From contig OZ219801.1 of assembly GCA_964291655.2 (NCBI GenBank), forward strand, positions 160,001-224,000: 64,000 bases of DNA. The letters run 5' to 3'. The notes below the pieces were generated by a model. That model had not been told where the DNA came from and did not search any database. It saw nothing but the letters and a program-made list of their open reading frames with translations. Source of the stretch: Chloroflexota bacterium (GTDB lineage Bacteria; Chloroflexota; UBA11872; VXOZ01). The translations under genes and the position numbers were made by a program. Below, one piece after another: positions 28,890 to 38,900 of the stretch. How positions within the stretch are numbered: position 1 is the first letter of the stretch; each line of letters starts with the position of its first letter.

Positions 28890-30083
28890 ATGGCATGGGG
28901 ATTCTTGGATAGATTTGTGCGGCCTAAATGGCTGCTCGACCGCATCTTGCTTGTGGCGGAGCGCGTCGCCGAGCGTGACGAGGAAGAGCTGCCCTCGCTC
29001 CTCATCGACACGCTGCGGGAGCATTTTGGCGCGCAGCATGTTTGCATACACTTCGCTGATCCCTGCATCCTACGCACCTCAGCACGGGAGGCCATGGTTG
29101 CGGCGTGTCCTACTGCGTCCGCCAACGCGACAGATGGTGCCACCGGCGGCGCGGAAGCGCCCTTCTGGCAATTCGCCCTCGCGCATGGGAAGGTTGTCAC
29201 CGCTTCCACCACACCCACAGCCATACAGGATGAGCTCCGCCCGCTCCTTCAGGCCGTCGGTGCACGCGATGGCATTGCAATCCCTCTCATCTACCGGGGC
29301 ACAGTCTACGCCGTCGTCAATCTCTACTTCAAACGCACGGTACCCTCTAAGCTTGCAACTGCGGAAAACGTCATGCGGAGCATCCGTTTGCTCGGGAACC
29401 TCGTGTATAGCGTCCTCCAGCAAGAGTACTACGCGAGCGCGTTGCAGGAGGGTGAAGACGTAGTGCTAGCCCTTGCTCAGGCAATAGCCACAAGGGATGG
29501 CTACGACGCGGGCCACGTGCAACGGGTGTCCACTCTCGCGAGCGAGTTGGGAAGAGCGGTGGGCCTGAGCCACGCTGAGCAGATCGCAGTGTGCAAAGGG
29601 GCAATGCTCCGTGACATTGGGAAGCTCTACGTCCCTGACTACCTCCTCCAAAAGCCCGGCCCGCTCGATGCCGCAGAACACGCGTGCGTACGCGAGCATC
29701 CGGTTACGGGTGCGAATATGCTCTTGGACGCCGGCAGCAGCATGGCGCCGTCCAGGGAGTCGCCGGCCATGGTTGTATCCGCCATCCGCAGTCACCACGA
29801 ACGGCTCGACGGCTCCGGCTACCCGGATGGCCTTACAGGGTCGGACGTGCCGGCGCCGGCCCGCATTGTCGCCATAGTCGACGTTTATGCCGCGTTGACT
29901 GCCGATCGTCCCTATCGGGCCGCATTGCCGCAGCCGCGGGCGGTGCAGGCACTCCAAGAGATGGCCGGACCGGGACTCGATGCCGAGTTGGTGTCGCTCT
30001 TCCTCTCCCGTGGCATTCACACCGCCGTTGCGTCCGGACTGTCAGAACAGCTTGAACCGGCGGCGCCACGCGCTGCCTCGTAG
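28890..30083 (+). CDS. GAF + HD-GYP domain protein with degenerate HD motif
   Basis: GAF-like IAIPLIYRGTVYAVVNLY; GHVQRV, MLRDIGK, LLQKPGPL, HHERLDGSGYPDGL, ARIVAIVDVY, RPYR. Confidence 0.9.
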   Translation: MAWGFLDRFVRPKWLLDRILLVAERVAERDEEELPSLLIDTLREHFGAQHVCIHFADPCILRTSAREAMVAACPTASANATDGATGGAEAPFWQFALAHGKVVTASTTPTAIQDELRPLLQAVGARDGIAIPLIYRGTVYAVVNLYFKRTVPSKLATAENVMRSIRLLGNLVYSVLQQEYYASALQEGEDVVLALAQAIATRDGYDAGHVQRVSTLASELGRAVGLSHAEQIAVCKGAMLRDIGKLYVPDYLLQKPGPLDAAEHACVREHPVTGANMLLDAGSSMAPSRESPAMVVSAIRSHHERLDGSGYPDGLTGSDVPAPARIVAIVDVYAALTADRPYRAALPQPRAVQALQEMAGPGLDAELVSLFLSRGIHTAVASGLSEQLEPAAPRAAS

Positions 30084-30145
30084 TCAGTCCGGTCGTGAGC
30101 TAAGTACGCCAGTGCCTTCCTCACTACCTCGTTTGCACTCCAGTC

Positions 30146-31357
30146 TCACGAGCCATCTGTCGCTCGTCTTGCCTGACGGAATGCCTTGTGTGTCAAGAAC
30201 GGCATGACAATTGCGATTGGCACGAGGCTCAGCATGGCGACACGGAAAGAAAGCGTCTCCGCCACAAATCCCATGGCATATGGTGGGAGAACTCCGCCTG
30301 CGGCAGCGCCAAGCAGGAGCAAAATGGCAACCGTACCTGGCCGGCGGGGAAACCGTTGCAGGGCCAGGGCAAACATGGTGGGAAAGATTGGGGCCACACA
30401 CAAGCCGAGCAGAAAGATCACCACGTATACCACCGGAGCAGTGGGCGCGAGGCCAAGTAAAAGAAATAACGGCACGCTGACGATGAGTGGAATCTGTAGG
30501 GCTTGTTCGGTCGATAGGTGCCGGGCCAGCCACATCATCGCGAGCCGCCCGAGAAAAATCGCACCCCAGAATAAAGAAACAACCGCGGTACTCCGCCCAT
30601 ACGGCTCTTGAAAGACGTCCGTGAGATAAATCACACCCCACCCGATCATCGAGAGCTCTACCCATATATATAGAACCAGCACGGCAGTGACGGCCGCGAT
30701 TACGCCGTTGCGCGCCAAAGGGAGTACGTTGGCGCGGCTGAGTCGCTCGAGGTTCGCCGCCTGCGGGAGACGCACACGCATTGCAAACGGCAAGCTTGCG
30801 AAGCCAAGCACGCCAATGGCAAGCATTGGCAGCCGCCAATTGAAGTCGAGCGACAAACCTATCAAGAGCGGGCTGAGCACGGCGCTAAGTCCAAAGAACA
30901 TGTGCAAGCGATTGAGATCGGCAACACGATTGCCGGAACTTGCGTCTGATGCCGTGACGTTGGTAATTATGTCAATGCAACCTAGCCCCGCTCCGGTAAA
31001 GATCATGAATGCGGCCATCGTGGCCCAGTGCGGCGCGAGACCCCATCCCAGGTACCCAACACCCAGCATCAGACTTGCGCCGATCAAGGCCGGCCGCCGA
31101 CCGTAGCCATCGACTACATATCCCGCAACCATAACCGCCAAGGCAAAACCCAACGTTGCCAGCGGGAATACTATCCCAACGCTTGCGAGACTTAGTGAGA
31201 ACTCGGCCCGCATAGCCGGCAATGAGGGTCCTATAAGATTCCAGCCAAGCCCCATTAGGATGACGAGCGCGTAGTTCAATAAAGTCAGGTGACGAAAGCT
31301 GGGAGTTTCCTCATGGGCGATCCCTGCCTGCAGAGTTGACGAGGCTGGCTTTATCAT
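30146..31357 (-). CDS. MFS transporter
   Basis: About 12 hydrophobic segments, GYVVDGYGRR motif A, LHMFFGL, APIFPT. Confidence 0.9.
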   Translation of the reverse strand: MIKPASSTLQAGIAHEETPSFRHLTLLNYALVILMGLGWNLIGPSLPAMRAEFSLSLASVGIVFPLATLGFALAVMVAGYVVDGYGRRPALIGASLMLGVGYLGWGLAPHWATMAAFMIFTGAGLGCIDIITNVTASDASSGNRVADLNRLHMFFGLSAVLSPLLIGLSLDFNWRLPMLAIGVLGFASLPFAMRVRLPQAANLERLSRANVLPLARNGVIAAVTAVLVLYIWVELSMIGWGVIYLTDVFQEPYGRSTAVVSLFWGAIFLGRLAMMWLARHLSTEQALQIPLIVSVPLFLLLGLAPTAPVVYVVIFLLGLCVAPIFPTMFALALQRFPRRPGTVAILLLLGAAAGGVLPPYAMGFVAETLSFRVAMLSLVPIAIVMPFLTHKAFRQARRATDGS

Positions 31358-31495
31358 TGCCTGGTGTTTGACGCCTTCTTCTCAGATTGCAGCATGGTAC
31401 ACACGACACGCTTGCCGTAAGTTCCATGTGTCAGCAATACGTGTCGGCTCTGGTCCGCGCTCAGTGTGAGCGCTCATGTCGTTACAACGATAATC

Positions 31496-32767
31496 TCACA
31501 CCCGAAACGCCGCTGCTACCTTCCTAATTGCATCCAGCACGTCATCCAGGTCCTCTTCTTGCAGTGTAGGAAATACCTCCAGCCTAAATGAGCGCTGGCC
31601 GATGTCTTTGGCATTCGGACACTCTACTTGCCCATAGTCAGTGGATTCAAACGGATGATGCGAATTGCCGTAGCCAACCCGGTCCTGGTAGACCGGTTCC
31701 CTATAGAGCTCGGCACTGGTGCCGCGCGCGGCGCGTACACCTTCAGCTTGAACCGCGCGCACGAATTCATCGCGGCTGCAGTTGAACTGCGTCAGGTTCA
31801 GCGTGACGTAGTAGCAATAAAAGGCATGCGCGGATGCCGGTGTTTCCGGCGCGGGACTCAGAACCTCGTCTAGGTCCTCGAGACCGGCAGTGAGATAGTG
31901 TGCATTCGCGCGGCGACGCTGGAGGTGCCAGTCCAGCCGCGCCAGGGCTTTCAACCCAATGGCGCTCTGCATCTCGGTCATGCGGTAGTTGAAACCAACG
32001 CGATGATGGGTATATTGGTTCAAGGCGCCGCGAGCCAATGCGGTGCGGCGTTCGGCCTCGTGAAACCCGTGGTCGCGAAAGCTGCGGGCAACCTCGGCGG
32101 CCGCCGCATCATCCGTGCCCACCATGCCGCCCTCGCCGCCGGTGGTGAATATCTTGTCCTGGCAGAAGCTCCATGCGTTCACGGTGCCAAAGCTGCCCAC
32201 CTTCTTGTCGCGATACGTTGCGCCGTGAGCTTGAGCGCAATCTTCGATTATAGCCAAGTTTCGCTGCCGTGCGAGGCCAAGGAGACTATCCATGTCAGCC
32301 GGCAGCCCGGCAAGATGGACCGGTATGATTGCCGCTGTGCGAGACGTTATGTGCTCTGCCGCGGAGTCTACCGAGATCGTGTGGGTGTCGGGGTCAATAT
32401 CCGCAAAAACCGGAACCGCGAATTGATTGGTAACTGCCGAGGCAGTGGCAATGAAACTTCGCGCAGGCACGATCACCTCATCACCCGGCTCAATTCCCGC
32501 TGCCGCCATGGCCACGTGCAACGCACTCGTGCCGCTGTTCACGGCAATCGCATCGTTGACGCCCATGTAGGCGGCAAACTCCGTTTGAAACTGCCAACCC
32601 ATCTCTCCGGTCCAATAGTTCACGTGGCCGGAATCCAGGACTGCCTGCACAGCTTGCTTCTCGTCATCCCAAAACACAGGCCACCGAGGAAAAGGTCGCT
32701 GCTTGATGTCTCGCACAGGCGTTCCGCCGTTTACCGCGAGTTCTCGCACAACTGTCGGCTGCGCCAC
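31496..32767 (-). CDS. DegT/DnrJ/EryC1/StrS family PLP aminotransferase
   Basis: VNSGTSALH, IIPVHLAG, IEDCAQAHGA, SFCQDKIFTTGGEGG, GFNYRMTEMQ. Confidence 0.94.
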   Translation of the reverse strand: MAQPTVVRELAVNGGTPVRDIKQRPFPRWPVFWDDEKQAVQAVLDSGHVNYWTGEMGWQFQTEFAAYMGVNDAIAVNSGTSALHVAMAAAGIEPGDEVIVPARSFIATASAVTNQFAVPVFADIDPDTHTISVDSAAEHITSRTAAIIPVHLAGLPADMDSLLGLARQRNLAIIEDCAQAHGATYRDKKVGSFGTVNAWSFCQDKIFTTGGEGGMVGTDDAAAAEVARSFRDHGFHEAERRTALARGALNQYTHHRVGFNYRMTEMQSAIGLKALARLDWHLQRRRANAHYLTAGLEDLDEVLSPAPETPASAHAFYCYYVTLNLTQFNCSRDEFVRAVQAEGVRAARGTSAELYREPVYQDRVGYGNSHHPFESTDYGQVECPNAKDIGQRSFRLEVFPTLQEEDLDDVLDAIRKVAAAFRV

Positions 32768-32945
32768 TACTGTTTCTCCCTCTTGTAGTATGACCTACTA
32801 CCCTCTAGCTCTCGTAATCGACTGCATCTTCGGTGCTCCTGCAATCTCACGTCATCCCAGTATTGACAGGCGGATCCAATGGGTGTGAGACAATCAGCTC
32901 ATGGTATGTCGACTAAAGACTGTGCGTTGCCAGCACACGGATTGG

Positions 32946-34970
32946 CTACGCGCACAGCGTACGCCAATGTCGCAAGATTTCGGCCACACTCCAAGCCTGC
33001 GCATAGCAGCCGCGAGGCGCGTGGGGCGCATCGCCATCGAATATTTCGCTCACGGTGCCGAGCGCACCGGTTGCCACCTGATCTACAAACTCTCTGAGCT
33101 GTGCGCCTGCGGCAGCTTGATCGTCATTGTAGCGCACAATTGCGTCGAGATACGGCCCAATCAGCCAGCCCCAGACCGTGCCGTTATGGTAGCCGCCCTC
33201 CCTCTCCCAGAGAGATCCGCCGTAGTGCCCCCGATACTGTTCATCTCCAGGCGCAAGCGATCGCAGGCCAACGGGGGTGACCAGGTTTTCCGCTACGACG
33301 GACAGGATACTCTGCCCCTGGTCGGATGGCACGAGCGTGTTGGGCAAACTAAGCGCAAGAACCTGATTGGGTCTCAGCGCGGGATCATCTCCATCCGGCC
33401 CATCGACTACGTCGAAAAGATAGCCCCCCTCCTCATGCCAGAAGCGACGCATGAAGTGTTGCTCTATCGTTGCCCGCCATTGCGGGATGTCGCCGAGCGG
33501 TTCCTCGGCCGCATTGCACCAGCGCTCGAGCAGGCAGAGCGCATTGTACCAGAGGGCCTGGACTTCCACGGGTTTGCCGATGCGAGGAGTGGGCAGCCAA
33601 TCACCAGCCTTAACGTCCATCCATGTCAATTGGACCCCCGGTTCCCCCGCCCAAACGAGACCATCCGCCGGATCAACGTGAATGTTGTAGCGGGTGCCAT
33701 GGTAATAATGGTGGACGATGTCTCTGAGCACGGGCAGGAGTTCACTAAGCAGGTCTCCGTCCAGCGTTGTCTCCAAGTACGCGTGCAGCGCTTGAAAGTA
33801 CCACAGTGTGGCGTCCACTGTGTTGTACTCGGGCTCCTCACCAACGTCCGGGAAGCGGTTGGGAATCATGCCCTCACTCACATAAGCGGCGAAAGTACGG
33901 AGTAAGCCTTTCGCAGCATCTGAGCGATTCGTCGCGAGCGCAAGCCCCGGCAGACTGATCATGGCATCCCGACCCCAGTCACCAAACCATGGATAGCCGG
34001 CGATGACGGTGAGCGAGCGGTCTCCCGCGGCAAGGGATCGCTCCACTAAGAACTGATCGGCGGCAATGACCAACTGCGCCCCTGCCGGGTCGGCAAGCGG
34101 ATCAATAGCAGCCTGTTGCAGGAGGGCTTCCGTGCGATTCTGCTCTCTGTTCAAGGCGCTTGACGAGTCTCGATCGATGTCTTCGGGTAGCTCGACGCTT
34201 GCGATGAGACACATGCTTGCGCCGGGTGCAAGTTTCACCGTGCAATCGAGGGGATGATAGAGGTCCTCCATGAAGTCAAGGGCGCGCGCACGTTCAACAC
34301 GGTAGACGTAATTCCAATACCACTCTTCTGCCAATTCAAACGTGGCATCCTGGCTGCACAAGAGCTGAAGCGGCGGCTCGTCCTGACCAGTCGCGGTCTG
34401 CGACGCAGTCGCATCCTGCGGGGGACGCGAAATCGTGACGTGGTTGGCATCGTGGAGGGTGACGTCGGGGCGCAGTTGGTCACAGCCGCGCATCAGTGAA
34501 TGAAAGTCGCGTTGGGCCGTGAATAGTCGCGTCGTCACCGCAAGAGGCGCAGTGCCGGCTACATGGGCATACCTAATGTAGGTGGTGTTTTGGCCATGCT
34601 CCATCCAGATGTGTTTCTCAAGTAAAGATTCTCCTACGCGATAGCGGAATACCGGCACTTGACCCTCAAGGTGCACAGAATCCAAGAGCGCGAAGCCTTG
34701 GGGATGAATGACATCCGGGTGATACTCGTTGGCGCCGATTTCGTAAGTCTGGTCACCAACGGTCACTGTCTCGTCGACCTTCGCTAAGAGCACCGAGCGC
34801 CCGAGGGGCGGATTCAAAGCTGCCACCAGCAAACCATGGTACCTGCGGGTATTGATGCCCGTTACCGTACCGCTGGCGTAGCCGCCGATGCCGTTCGAAA
34901 CCAACCATTCCCGTTGGATCGCTGAGTCCAGATCGTGGAGCACAGTGGTTTCGAGCGAATTAAACCCCAT
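32946..34970 (-). CDS. Glycogen debranching enzyme (amylo-alpha-1,6-glucosidase family)
   Basis: REWLVSNGIGGYA, TRRYHGLL, IAGYPWFGDWGRD, LTWMD, GKPVEVQALW, YHNGTVW, QAWSVAE. Confidence 0.94.
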   Translation of the reverse strand: MGFNSLETTVLHDLDSAIQREWLVSNGIGGYASGTVTGINTRRYHGLLVAALNPPLGRSVLLAKVDETVTVGDQTYEIGANEYHPDVIHPQGFALLDSVHLEGQVPVFRYRVGESLLEKHIWMEHGQNTTYIRYAHVAGTAPLAVTTRLFTAQRDFHSLMRGCDQLRPDVTLHDANHVTISRPPQDATASQTATGQDEPPLQLLCSQDATFELAEEWYWNYVYRVERARALDFMEDLYHPLDCTVKLAPGASMCLIASVELPEDIDRDSSSALNREQNRTEALLQQAAIDPLADPAGAQLVIAADQFLVERSLAAGDRSLTVIAGYPWFGDWGRDAMISLPGLALATNRSDAAKGLLRTFAAYVSEGMIPNRFPDVGEEPEYNTVDATLWYFQALHAYLETTLDGDLLSELLPVLRDIVHHYYHGTRYNIHVDPADGLVWAGEPGVQLTWMDVKAGDWLPTPRIGKPVEVQALWYNALCLLERWCNAAEEPLGDIPQWRATIEQHFMRRFWHEEGGYLFDVVDGPDGDDPALRPNQVLALSLPNTLVPSDQGQSILSVVAENLVTPVGLRSLAPGDEQYRGHYGGSLWEREGGYHNGTVWGWLIGPYLDAIVRYNDDQAAAGAQLREFVDQVATGALGTVSEIFDGDAPHAPRGCYAQAWSVAEILRHWRTLCA

Positions 34971-35216
34971 AGACAGGTCACATTTCTCGGAAGAGCGCGT
35001 AGGTCCGAAGCTAAGGGACGCTGTGCAGGCAGTATAACAGGAGCTGCGCAGCCGACTTGCTGAGGCCTGGGTACAACGAGAGCGCGGCGTGGACTACTCG
35101 ATCATATCGAACGTGGGTTAGACTTAGGCAGCAATCCAATTCGCGGCAAGACTGATCGAGGAATGCGACTACTCGATAGTAAAATCGAACTTGGTGTATT
35201 GTCCGGATGCGCTGGG

Positions 35217-35289
35217 TGCCGAGAGCCGGGATCGAACCGGCGACACCAGGATTTTCAGTCCTGTGCTCTACCGACTGAGCTATCTCGGC
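35217..35289 (-). tRNA. tRNA-Phe (GAA); CCA not encoded
   Basis: GCCGAGA acceptor stem, CAGGA-CTGAAAA-TCCTG anticodon arm, GGTTCGATCCC T-loop. Confidence 0.96.
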
Positions 35290-35296
35290 AGCAGAT

Positions 35297-35373
35297 TGGT
35301 GGGCGATGCAGGACTCGAACCTGCGGCCTCTACTTTGTAAGAGTAGCGCTCTAACCAGCTGAGCTAATCACCC
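35297..35373 (-). tRNA. tRNA-Val (TAC)
   Basis: GGGTGAT acceptor stem, CTACT-CTTACAA-AGTAG anticodon arm, GGTTCGAGTCC, encoded CCA. Confidence 0.97.
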
Positions 35374-35749
35374 ACGCAAACCGATTGTATCATCGCCAAA
35401 GACGAGATTCAATGAAGCTGATTGACAAGCAAGTGAAAGTTAGAGACTGTAGCGCTGCGCCATTGCGCGCTAGCAATATCCAATTTCCGTCCGCAGAGAA
35501 ACGCGTCAATCGTCCTCTTTGCATGCAGCATTCTGCTAGCTATCATTGTGCGGTTGGTGGGAAATGCTGTCAGTGCGTATCGTGGAAGCACGGCACCACA
35601 CAAGGTGGAGCTACCGAAGCGAATTAGTCGATGCGGCAAGCGGGTGACGGGTTGCGAATTCCAGTTCCTTTAAGACTGCGCCAATAGACAGGAAAGTCAT
35701 TCAAGAATCGTCCGTTTTGCCCACGGTGGAATTGTAGAGAATTGTCCTC

Positions 35750-35778
35750 TTGACGCACCCATTACCCTCCGCTATCAT
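35750..35778 (+). promoter_or_regulatory. Putative sigma70 promoter of gltB
   Basis: TTGACG-17 nt-TATCAT. Confidence 0.65.
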
Positions 35779-35829
35779 TAACGAAACCTACCGTAGTCAC
35801 GCAGCTTGGAGCGCGCTTATTGGGGGTGT

Positions 35830-35858
35830 GAGGAACTCCAAAGTGGAGTCCCTCTTTT
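35830..35858 (+). terminator. Terminator-like hairpin in the gltB leader
   Basis: GAGG a ACTCCA aag TGGAGT c CCTC followed by TTTT. Confidence 0.45.
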
Positions 35859-35948
35859 CATGTTTAAGGGACAAATTTGTGTTGCGCATTCGTTGCGTGC
35901 CTTGCGACATTGCCTCCGATGAATTCGATTCTCCTTGAGAAACAATCT

Positions 35949-38900
35949 ATGAGCCTATCGATTAGTCCAGATTCAGATTCGCCCGTTCAGTCAACGCAAC
36001 CTGCCGGCCTCTATCGTCCTGAGTTTGAGTTCGACTCCTGCGGCGTCGGTTTCGTCGCCAGCATCTCAGGTATACCCGATAACAAAGTACTGCAAACGGC
36101 GATAGATTCCGTAGTTGGGTTGAGCCATCGCGGTGCGGTATCTGCCGATGGGCGTACCGGCGATGGCGCAGGCATTCTCACGCAGATCCCACGTCGGCTG
36201 GTGCAACGGGAGCTGGCAGCAAGAGAGATCTTCCATGTCTCCTCTTCCGATGTTGGCATCGGTATGGTCTATCTCCCGCAAGCCGGCGCTACGACGAACG
36301 CACAGGCCGTTGAGATCGTCAACAATGTCCTTGAGGAACTTGGAATTTCACTGCTGACATGGCGCCCCGTGCCGGTGGACGTGTCTGCCCTGGGTGTAAT
36401 TGCGGCGCAAAGCGCTCCGGACATCTGGCAAGTCTTGGTACAACGCCCGGATGGCATGGACGACATCGCCTTCGAACGTGCGCTCTATGTTGCGAGAAGG
36501 TCCATTCAAGGCGCTGCCAACCGCGCAGGCATTGACGAACTCTACCTGCCTTCGTTCTCCCACCGAACTGTCGTCTACAAGGCGCTGATAATTGCGGCTC
36601 AACTCCCCGAATTCTACCAAGACCTTAAGGACCCAGACTACGAGACGGCCCTGGCCGTATTTCATCAACGCTACAGCAGCAATACATTCCCCACGTGGCA
36701 ATTGGCCCAGCCCTTCCGGCTGCTTGCGCACAATGGCGAGATAAACACATTGTGGGGCAATCGCAATTGGACACGCGCCCGTGAGCAGAGCATGATCGCA
36801 GCGGCGTGGGACGAGCGCGTGGGGGCGGGGATTCCCTTCATCGAACCCGACGGCAGTGATTCCGCGTCTTTGGACAATCTTGCGGAGCTCATCTACCTTT
36901 CCGGCCGAGACATCTTGCACACGCTTGCCATGATGATGCCGGAGGCATGGGAAAACAACGAGGACATGGATCCGGACCTTCGGGCCTTCCATGCGTACCA
37001 TGCCGGCGTTACAGAACCTTGGGAAGGGCCTGCGTCGCTTGCCTTCACCGACGGCCGCATTGCCGCCGCCTGCTTAGACCGCATTGGCCTACGACCGGCC
37101 CGATACAAAGTTACGCGGTCCGGCATGGTCATCCTGGCATCGGAAGCAAGCGCTTCAGTCGTACCCGATTCCGAGGTCATCGAAAAAGGTCGGCTAGGTC
37201 CCGGCGAAATGTTGGCCGTGGATACGGAAAACAAGTGTCTCTTGACCGATAAAGACATCAAGGAGCGGCTGGCCAAGAGGGCCCCCTACCGCACCTGGCT
37301 CAGTGAACAACGAAAGCGCGCGCAAGATTCTGTGCCGAAACTTGAGGACAGTCTTGACTTCGATCAAGATAGCCTGGGCACGTTGCACCGCGTTTTCGGT
37401 TACAGCAACGAAGAATTGCGCGTCGTGCTCGATCCCATGGGTAAAGAGGGCAAAGACGCTGTCTGGTCCATGGGCAATGACATTCCGCTGGCGGTGCTTT
37501 CCTCACAGCCGCGTTCATTCTTCAACTATTTCAAACAGAGGTTTGCACAGGTAACGAATCCACCGATAGACTCGCTTCGCGAATCTCTCGTTATGTCGCT
37601 GCGGAGCTACATTGGCGGCCGTGGCAACTTGCTCATTGAGAGTCCCGAACACGCCCACCTATTGGAGTACGATAGTCCTCTGCTCGATCACGGCCAGTTT
37701 AGGGATCTCGTGCACCAATATGATTCTTCATTTTCTTCCATCATGCTCTCTACGCTCTACCCGGTTGCCCAAGGGCAGGCCGGTATGGAAGAAGCTCTGA
37801 GCAGGCTATGCCGGCACGCAGAGAAGAGCATTGATAATGGGCGTACCGTCCTGATTCTCAGTGACCTTGGCGTGGGCGTCGATCATGCGCCAATTCCGAT
37901 TCTCCTCGCTGCTTCCGCCGTGCATCAACACCTTGCCCGCGCCCGCAAGCGCATGCAAGCCAGCATCGTGGTTGAAAGCGGCGAAGTGTGGGATATCCAT
38001 CATTTTGCCTGTCTGCTGGGGCATGGCGTTGGATTCGTGTACCCCTACCTGGCGTTGGAGACTATCCGCCATATAGCTGAGACCGACCGTAGGCAGACCG
38101 TGGATCCCCTTACAGCATGGCAAAATTACCGCACGGCAGTCGATGACGGGCTGCTGAAAATCATGTCCAAGATGGGCATCTGCACGCTGAGCGGGTATCG
38201 TGGCGCGCAGATTTTCGAAATCGTCGGCCTGAATAGCCGATTATCAAGCTACTACTTTACCGGCACGCCTTCCCGCATCGAGGGACTCGGCCTCGGGGAA
38301 ATTGCGGCGGAAGTTGCCAACCGCCATGTTGAAGCGTTTGCTGAGAGAAAGAACGGCAGACTGCCTGACTACGGCCTCTATCGCTTTAGGCGCAATGGCG
38401 AGTTTCACGCATACAGTCCCGCCACAGTAAAAGCGCTCCAGCAGGCCGCGCTCACGGGAGACAGGGAAGACTACCGGCGCTATGCCGAGATGGTGCACAC
38501 GCGGCCGCCAACGAGCCTGCGCGACTTACTCGAGTTCGCGCCGAGCGGTCCCATTCCCCTCGAAGAGGTCGAGCCGGTAGAGTCAATTCGGCGCAGGTTT
38601 ACAACCCAGGCAATGTCGCTCGGCGCACTCTCACCGGAGGCCCACAAAGCCATTGCGATTGCCATGAACCGCATAGGAGGCAGAAGCAATACCGGCGAAG
38701 GCGGGGAAGACCCGCAGTGGTACAAGCCACTGCCGAACGGCGAATCTGCAAACTGCGCGGTAAAGCAGGTGGCCAGCGCGCGCTTTGGGGTAACCACAGA
38801 GTACCTCGTGCGAGCTCGTGAGCTTGAAATCAAGATGGCCCAAGGCTCGAAGCCGGGTGAAGGCGGCCAACTGCCAGGCTTCAAGGTCACGCCATTTATC

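Noticed and set aside
32901-33905. 334-aa plus-strand ORF
   Set aside because: Antisense shadow of the glycogen debranching gene.
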